Assembly: GCA_020907925.1 (NCBI GenBank)
Contig: DZDN01000058.1
Coordinates: 1,574 to 65,573 of the forward strand
Length of the DNA: 64,000 nt
Origin: Candidatus Limimorpha avicola
GTDB lineage: Bacteria > Bacteroidota > Bacteroidia > Bacteroidales > F082
Reading direction: 5' to 3'
Every line of letters begins with the position of its first letter. Position 1 is the first letter of the stretch. A model generated the notes under the pieces. It was not told where the DNA came from, searched no databases, and worked only from the letters and a program-made list of their open reading frames with translations. Shown piece after piece: positions 57,890 to 64,000 of this stretch. The position numbers were made by a program, and so were the translations under genes.

Positions 57890-60800
57890 TTATTCAAACG
57901 TAACTTCAAGTCCGAGTCCTCTCAATTCGTGGATTAAGACATTAAATGATTCCGGGATACCAGGAGTAGGCATATTTTCACCTTTGACGATAGCTTCGTA
58001 AGCTTTAGCTCTACCCACTACGTCATCAGACTTCACCGTCAATATTTCCTGGAGTATGTTACTTGCGCCAAAAGCCTCCAAAGCCCAAACCTCCATTTCT
58101 CCGAAACGTTGACCGCCGAACTGAGCCTTACCTCCTAAAGGTTGTTGTGTAATCAGTGAATAAGGTCCTATAGAACGAGCGTGCATCTTATCATCCACCA
58201 TGTGGTGCAATTTAAGCATATAGATATAGCCCACAGTAGCCTTCTGATCGAACGGTTCTCCTGTACCTCCGTCATACAACTGTACTCTTCCGTTTTCCGG
58301 GAGACCTGCTTTTGCCAAATAATCATTAATCTCTTCCAACGTAGCACCGTCAAAAATAGGAGTTGCAAACTTCACACCGAGTTTCTTGCCTGCCCAACCG
58401 AGGACAGTCTCATATATCTGTCCCAAATTCATACGTGAAGGTACACCCAACGGGTTCAACACTATATCAACAGGTGTTCCATCTTCGAGGAATGGCATAT
58501 CCTCTTCACGCACTATCTTGGATACAATACCCTTGTTTCCGTGACGGCCGGCCATTTTATCGCCAATATTCAATTTACGTTTTTGTGCGACATATACCTT
58601 TGCCATCTGAACAATACCGTTCGGCAACTCATCGCCTACGCTTGCAACATTCTTTTTACGGCTAAAGACACCCAAAATCTTCTTGTATTTGACATTATAA
58701 TTATTAATCATAGTCACTATCATCTCGTTGATTTCGGGATCCGAGGTCCATTTATAAGAATTGACAGACATATAATCAATGTTCATCAACACTTTCTTGG
58801 TAAACTTCACTTTCTTAGCTATTATAACTTCCTTAAAGTTATTATATACGCCTATTGATGAGCGACCATCCAACAATGAGAACAATTTCTCAACGAGTAT
58901 TGATTTAAGTTCATCGACTTGTGTCTGACATTCTTTTTCAAGTTCTGCTATGACATCTTTATCTTTAGACTTTGATTTACGGTCTTTAACAACTCTTGAG
59001 AACAAACGTTTTCCTATCACCACGCCTTTCATTGAAGGACCGGCTTTAAGCGATGCATTTTTGACATCGCCGGCCTTGTCACCGAATATTGCACGCAGCA
59101 ATTTCTCTTCAGGTGAAGGGTCAGTTTCTCCCTTTGGCGTTATCTTTCCTATAAGGATATCACCTTCTTTCACCAAAGCACCAACTCTGATAAGACCGTT
59201 CTCATCGAGTTCTTTTGTTGCCTCGAAACTGACATTGGGAATATCATTTGTAAGTTCTTCCAAACCTCGTTTTGTGTCACGTACTTCAAGAGTAAATTCC
59301 TCAATATGTATGGAAGTAAAGATATCCTCTTTCACTATGCGTTCAGAAATAACAATAGCATCCTCATAGTTATAACCTTTCCATGGCATGAAAGCCACCA
59401 TAAGGTTACGACCGAGAGCCAGGTCACCGTCAGCAGTGGCATAACCTTCTGTCAATATCTGACCCTTGGTAACATGTTCTCCCTTTCTAACAATAGGTTT
59501 CTGATTGATGCTGGTATTCTGATTTGTTCTGGCATATTTGATAAGTTCGTAAGTCTTAATGTCATCATCAAAACTGACGAGTCTTTCTTTATCTGTTCTA
59601 TTATATTTTATTGTTATCTTTGTAGAATCGACGAAAATCACCTCTCCATCGCCCTCTGCCTCGACAAGGATACGTGAATCTCTTGCCACATAATGTTCGA
59701 TACCTGTTCCTACAATAGGAGCTTCAGGATTCATAAGAGGCACAGCCTGACGCATCATGTTAGATCCCATCAAGGCACGGTTGGCGTCGTCATGTTCAAG
59801 GAACGGGATAAGAGATGCCGCCACTGACGATATCTGATTTGGTGCAACATCCATAAGATGTACTTCATCAGGAGTGACAATAGGGTAGTCGGCTATATAA
59901 CGAGCTTTCACCATTTCGTCAGTTATCTTTCCGTCATCATCCATATTTGTACATGCCTGAGCGATGATCTTGTCTTCTTCTTCTTCAGCAGTAAGGAAAA
60001 TAGGCGGTTTATGGAAGTCAACCACACCATTTTTAACTTCACGATATGGGGTTTCTATGAATCCCAATTTATTTATTTTTGCGAAAACGCAAAGTGAAGA
60101 AATCAATCCGATGTTAGGACCTTCAGGTGTTTCGATGGTACAAAGACGACCATAGTGAGAATAGTGCACGTCACGCACCTCGAAGCCGGCACGGTCACGT
60201 GAAAGGCCACCCGGTCCCAAAGCAGAAATACGACGTTTATGTGTCACCTCCGACAAAGGATTCGTCTGGTCCATGAATTGAGACAACTGATTAGTACCGA
60301 AGAACGAGTTGATAACTGATGATAATGTCTTGGCATTAATAAGATCTGTTGGAGTAAATACTTCATTGTCACGAACATTCATTCGTTCGCGTATGGTACG
60401 AGCCATACGTGCGAGACCAACGCCGAATTGTGCATACAACTGTTCTCCTACAGTTCTGATTCTACGGTTACTGAGGTGGTCTATATCATCGACTTCAGCT
60501 TTGCTGTTAGATAAATCTATCAAATATTTTATGATAGATATTATATCTTCTTTTGTTAAAACCTTGACATCTTCCGGAATCTGCAATCCGAGTTTACGGT
60601 TTATTCTATAGCGTCCCACTTCTCCGAGATCATAACGTTTGTCGGAGAAGAAAAGTTTTTCTATGATACCACGTGCGGTCTCCTCATCCGGTGGTTCGGC
60701 ATTACGCAATTGGCGATAGATATATTCCACTGCTTCCTTTTCCGAATTAGTGGTATCTTTTTGCAAGGTATTGAATATTATAGCGAAATCTGTGGTATTC

Positions 60801-61696
60801 ACTTGTTCTTTATGCAACAGTATAGATTTTACGCCAGCATTGAGGATAACATCTATATGTTCAGGTTCAAGTACTGTACCTCTTTCTATCAAAGTCTCAT
60901 TACGTTCTATGGAGACGCATTCTCCTGTTTCTTCATTAACGAAGTCCTCAAAACGGGAGCGCAATACTCTTGCTGCCAATTTACGACCCAACACTTTCTT
61001 GAGACCATTTCTCGAGACCTTCACTTCTTCTGCAAGATTAAAGATATCGAGTATGTCTTTATCTGTTTCATAACCGATAGCGCGCAACAATGTAGTAATT
61101 GGCAATTTCTTCTTACGGTCGATATAAGCATACATGACGTTGCTGATATCTGTCGAGAACTCCATCCAAGAGCCTTTAAAAGGTATGATTCGGGCTGAAT
61201 ACAGTGTTGTTCCGTTGGTATGAACACTTGACCCGAAGAAAACGCCCGGAGAACGATGAAGTTGTGACACCACCACGCGTTCAGCTCCATTAATGACGAA
61301 AGTACCTTGAGGCGTCATATATGGAATCAGTCCGAGATATACATCTTGAACTATTGTTTCGAAGTCCTCATGCTCTTCATCGGTACATGAAAGTTTCAAT
61401 TTGGCTTTAAGTCTTACGCAATAACTCAAGCCACGTTCGATACATTCGCTTATCTCATACTGCGGTGCATCGATATAGTAATCGAGAAACTCGAGTACAA
61501 AGTTGTTTCTTGCGTCTGTAATAGGGAAGTTTTCTGTAAAAACCTTGAACAATCCCTCATTTTTTCTATTGTCCGGGTTAGTATCCAACTGGAAGAAATC
61601 CTGAAATGATTTAAGTTGAATATCGAGAAAATCCGGATACTCGAACGGTTTTTTTATAGACGTGAAACTGATTCGTTCTAATGATTTGTCTGCCAA
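57890..61696 (-). CDS. rpoB: DNA-directed RNA polymerase subunit beta
   Basis: 1268 aa with conserved blocks ([29 protein letters not shown]). Confidence 0.97.
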   Translation of the reverse strand: MADKSLERISFTSIKKPFEYPDFLDIQLKSFQDFFQLDTNPDNRKNEGLFKVFTENFPITDARNNFVLEFLDYYIDAPQYEISECIERGLSYCVRLKAKLKLSCTDEEHEDFETIVQDVYLGLIPYMTPQGTFVINGAERVVVSQLHRSPGVFFGSSVHTNGTTLYSARIIPFKGSWMEFSTDISNVMYAYIDRKKKLPITTLLRAIGYETDKDILDIFNLAEEVKVSRNGLKKVLGRKLAARVLRSRFEDFVNEETGECVSIERNETLIERGTVLEPEHIDVILNAGVKSILLHKEQVNTTDFAIIFNTLQKDTTNSEKEAVEYIYRQLRNAEPPDEETARGIIEKLFFSDKRYDLGEVGRYRINRKLGLQIPEDVKVLTKEDIISIIKYLIDLSNSKAEVDDIDHLSNRRIRTVGEQLYAQFGVGLARMARTIRERMNVRDNEVFTPTDLINAKTLSSVINSFFGTNQLSQFMDQTNPLSEVTHKRRISALGPGGLSRDRAGFEVRDVHYSHYGRLCTIETPEGPNIGLISSLCVFAKINKLGFIETPYREVKNGVVDFHKPPIFLTAEEEEDKIIAQACTNMDDDGKITDEMVKARYIADYPIVTPDEVHLMDVAPNQISSVAASLIPFLEHDDANRALMGSNMMRQAVPLMNPEAPIVGTGIEHYVARDSRILVEAEGDGEVIFVDSTKITIKYNRTDKERLVSFDDDIKTYELIKYARTNQNTSINQKPIVRKGEHVTKGQILTEGYATADGDLALGRNLMVAFMPWKGYNYEDAIVISERIVKEDIFTSIHIEEFTLEVRDTKRGLEELTNDIPNVSFEATKELDENGLIRVGALVKEGDILIGKITPKGETDPSPEEKLLRAIFGDKAGDVKNASLKAGPSMKGVVIGKRLFSRVVKDRKSKSKDKDVIAELEKECQTQVDELKSILVEKLFSLLDGRSSIGVYNNFKEVIIAKKVKFTKKVLMNIDYMSVNSYKWTSDPEINEMIVTMINNYNVKYKKILGVFSRKKNVASVGDELPNGIVQMAKVYVAQKRKLNIGDKMAGRHGNKGIVSKIVREEDMPFLEDGTPVDIVLNPLGVPSRMNLGQIYETVLGWAGKKLGVKFATPIFDGATLEEINDYLAKAGLPENGRVQLYDGGTGEPFDQKATVGYIYMLKLHHMVDDKMHARSIGPYSLITQQPLGGKAQFGGQRFGEMEVWALEAFGASNILQEILTVKSDDVVGRAKAYEAIVKGENMPTPGIPESFNVLIHELRGLGLEVTFE

Positions 61697-61753
61697 AGTG
61701 TTATATTTTTTATGATTTCTAAAAGCTATAAATTATAGAGGTGTCTTTCACAA

Positions 61754-61813
61754 CGAAAAATATAGGCATAAACCTCAGCACCTGATCATAACAGGAGCCG
61801 AGGTGGTTATGCC
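61754..61813 (-). terminator. Partial terminator / attenuator hairpin in the rplL-rpoB spacer
   Basis: Imperfect long hairpin (GGCATAACCACCTCGGC...GCTGAGGTTTATGCC on the minus strand) followed by TATATTTTT. Confidence 0.5.
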
Positions 61814-61835
61814 CTTATTACAGGATATTAAATCC

Positions 61836-62213
61836 TTATTTAATTTCGACTTCTGCACCAGCTTCTTCTAACTGAGCTTTAAGTGCATTAGCTTCATCTT
61901 TGCTTACACCTTCTTTGATAGCTTTAGGAGCAGCGTCAACTAATTCCTTAGCTTCTTTCAAACCGAGACTGGTCAATTCCTTAACCAATTTCACAACGCC
62001 CAATTTTGATGCGCCGGCTGATTTGAGGATAACATCAAAAGAAGTTTTTTCTTCTGCTGCTACTGCTTCACCACCTGCTGCCGGAGCTGCTACTACTGCT
62101 GCTGCTGCTGCTGGTTCGATACCGTATTCTTCTTTCAATATTGCTGCGAGTTCATTGACCTCTTTTACTGTAAGGTTTACTAATTGTTCAGCAAAAGCTT
62201 TTAAATCTGCCAT
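61836..62213 (-). CDS. rplL: 50S ribosomal protein L7/L12
   Basis: Ala-rich hinge and a C-terminal domain [10 protein letters not shown]....IKEGVSK.EA..LK..LE.AGA.VE.K. Confidence 0.95.
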   Translation of the reverse strand: MADLKAFAEQLVNLTVKEVNELAAILKEEYGIEPAAAAAVVAAPAAGGEAVAAEEKTSFDVILKSAGASKLGVVKLVKELTSLGLKEAKELVDAAPKAIKEGVSKDEANALKAQLEEAGAEVEIK

Positions 62214-62286
62214 TTTTCTTCGTTTTTATTTGTTATACAATATTTTTTCTTTTTTTCTTTTATTGCGAATGACATACATTCATTAA

Positions 62287-62808
62287 TTATTCCGGTCTTT
62301 CGGATAAGGTCTTCACGACACCGCTGAGTATATGACCACCCGATTGCAAAGCGCCAAGAACATTCTTGACAGGAGATTGCAACAAGGCGATAACATCGGC
62401 TATCAATTCATTCTTCGACTTGATGCTTGCCAATGTGTCAAGCATATTATCTCCGAGATAAACACATTCTTCTATATAAGCACCTTTTAATATAGGACGA
62501 TCATTATTTTTACGGAAAGTCTTTATCAATTTTGCCGGTGCGTTGCCATTTTCAGACAACATAAGAGCGGTAGTTCCTTTAAGAACTGTATAAAGATCAC
62601 CATAATCCTTACCTGTTCTTTCCATAGCTTTTTTCAGTAAAGCATTCTTTACCACAACAAGCTTGACCTGACTGTTGAAGCACAATCTTCTCAACTGTGA
62701 TGTTTTTTCAGCATTAAGAGCCTCTAAATCTGTCACATAAAGATTAGCAGATGTATTCAACAGGTTTGTTATAGAATCTATTATAACCTCTTTATTTTCT
62801 CTTCTCAT
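62287..62808 (-). CDS. rplJ: 50S ribosomal protein L10
   Basis: L10-family pattern and operon position. Confidence 0.9.
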   Translation of the reverse strand: MRRENKEVIIDSITNLLNTSANLYVTDLEALNAEKTSQLRRLCFNSQVKLVVVKNALLKKAMERTGKDYGDLYTVLKGTTALMLSENGNAPAKLIKTFRKNNDRPILKGAYIEECVYLGDNMLDTLASIKSKNELIADVIALLQSPVKNVLGALQSGGHILSGVVKTLSERPE

Positions 62809-62825
62809 GTCAATCTTATTTTAGG

Positions 62826-63521
62826 TTAGATAGTTACTGATTTAACGTCAACTTCAACTCCGGGACTCATTGTACTCGAGATGAAGATACTCTTTACATA
62901 AGTACCTTTAGCTGCTGCCGGTTTCAATTTAAGAACGGTCTGGATAAGAGCCTTTGCGTTATCATAAATCTTATCGGCACTAAAACTGACTTTAGCAACC
63001 GGTGAGTCAACGATTCCATATTTATCAACTTTGAAATCGATTTTACCGGCTTTTACTTCCTGAACAGCTTTACCAACCTCCATTGTCACTGTACCGGTCT
63101 TAGGGTTAGGCATCAATCCGCGAGGACCGAGTATTCTACCGAGAGCACCGACCTTAGGCATGGCTGTAGGCGTGGTAATTATGACATCGACATCGACCCA
63201 GCCGTCTTTGATTTTTTGGATATATTCCTCAAATCCGACGTAATCAGCACCTGCATCTATTGCTTCCTGGGCACGGTCCGGTGTACAAAGCACCAAAACA
63301 CGCACCGACTTGCCGGTTCCGTGAGGCAAAGTGACACTGCCACGCACCATTTGATTGGCTTTACGTGGGTCAACGCCCAAACGGATGTTCAAGTCAACCG
63401 AAGCATCGAATTTAGTGTAAGTGATTTCTTTAACGATATCAATCGCTTCTTTCAAGGAGTAAACCTTGCTTTTGTCGAACTTAGCTAAAGCTTCTTTTCT
63501 TTGTTTAGATACTTTTGCCAT
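62826..63521 (-). CDS. rplA: 50S ribosomal protein L1
   Basis: [10 protein letters not shown]-terminus, VTLPHGTGK, and [10 protein letters not shown]. Confidence 0.95.
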   Translation of the reverse strand: MAKVSKQRKEALAKFDKSKVYSLKEAIDIVKEITYTKFDASVDLNIRLGVDPRKANQMVRGSVTLPHGTGKSVRVLVLCTPDRAQEAIDAGADYVGFEEYIQKIKDGWVDVDVIITTPTAMPKVGALGRILGPRGLMPNPKTGTVTMEVGKAVQEVKAGKIDFKVDKYGIVDSPVAKVSFSADKIYDNAKALIQTVLKLKPAAAKGTYVKSIFISSTMSPGVEVDVKSVTI

Positions 63522-63557
63522 TTGAAATTCTTTTTTTGTTCTACAAACGCTTAAGAC

Positions 63558-64000
63558 TTAGTCTTTTTTTAAAGGTGATTCGCCTGTAATCTTCACACCC
63601 ATACTACGAGCAGTGCCTGCCACCATGCTCATTGCAGATTCAATTGTGAAAGCGTTCATATCTTTCATCTTATTCTCTGCTATAGCACGTACAGTATCCC
63701 ATGTCAAAGAGCCAACCTTAGAACGGTTGGGTTCTTTTGAACCTTTGGAAATCTTTGCTGCTTCGAGTATAGAGACAGCAACAGGGGAAGCTTTTACAAC
63801 AAAATCGAACGACTTGTCCTTATAGACCGTAATAATTACCGGAAGAACTTTACCGGCCTGGTCTTGGGTACGAGCATTGAATTGTTTACAAAACTCCATA
63901 ATGTTCACTCCCTTAGAACCCAAAGCAGGTCCTACAGGAGGTGAAGGATTAGCGGCTCCTCCTTTGATTTGCAGTTTAATTAATCCGCTTACTTCTTTCA
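63558..64000 (-). CDS. rplK: 50S ribosomal protein L11 (start codon cut by the window edge)
   Basis: The frame stays open upstream of the track's internal Met and reads [38 protein letters not shown]. Only the A of the ATG appears to be missing. Confidence 0.93.
   Translation of the reverse strand, partial: KEVSGLIKLQIKGGAANPSPPVGPALGSKGVNIMEFCKQFNARTQDQAGKVLPVIITVYKDKSFDFVVKASPVAVSILEAAKISKGSKEPNRSKVGSLTWDTVRAIAENKMKDMNAFTIESAMSMVAGTARSMGVKITGESPLKKD

Noticed and set aside
1-64000. Mobile elements, CRISPR arrays, restriction-modification or other named defence systems, rRNA genes
   Set aside because: No transposase, integrase, recombinase, Cas, methyltransferase/endonuclease pair, or regularly spaced repeats were recognisable in any frame. 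The RHS island has no visible flanking direct repeats or tRNA attachment site.

Overview
The window looks like a chromosomal segment from an AT-rich member of the Bacteroidota. Three things support that: Por/T9SS C-terminal sorting domains, many TAnnTTTG -7 promoter boxes 20-80 nt upstream of genes, and typical Bacteroidota families (DUF3276, DUF5683, DUF4159, DUF3467). Most of it is housekeeping. On the + strand: a Y-family polymerase plus dnaE2, RNase P RNA, parAB, dapB, lepB, ftsK, lolA, tRNA-Glu, lplA, miaB/mtaB, rpsT, radC, wecB, rpsF-rpsR-rplI and pyrBI. On the - strand: lpxD and lpxC, rsmE, argS, and the rplKAJL-rpoBC block. I saw no CRISPR array, transposase, integrase or rRNA. Two accessory modules stand out. 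(1) 38.1-48.7 kb is a tightly packed five-gene minus-strand operon: a lipoprotein, a T9SS-CTD protein, a YadA-head-like fibre protein, a 151-aa YD-repeat plus T9SS-CTD mini-protein, and a 2112-aa fused TcB/TcC-like toxin (SpvB, FG-GAP, RHS). The toxin carries an unassigned 273-aa C-terminal payload. The window holds no TcA, no T6SS marker and no immunity gene. (2) 50.6-53.5 kb encodes a signal-peptide-bearing FGE/SUMF1-fold protein and a caspase-fold protein whose catalytic Cys position reads Ser. Both appear co-transcribed with DUF3467 directly downstream of rpoBC. Smaller observations are an E. coli pyrL-like leader ORF and attenuator upstream of pyrBI, a stand-alone lpxC, a promoter-upstream element shared by tRNA-Glu and the rpsF operon, and a Nim-type flavoprotein. 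All family calls come from reading the translated ORFs against remembered motifs; no database search was run.
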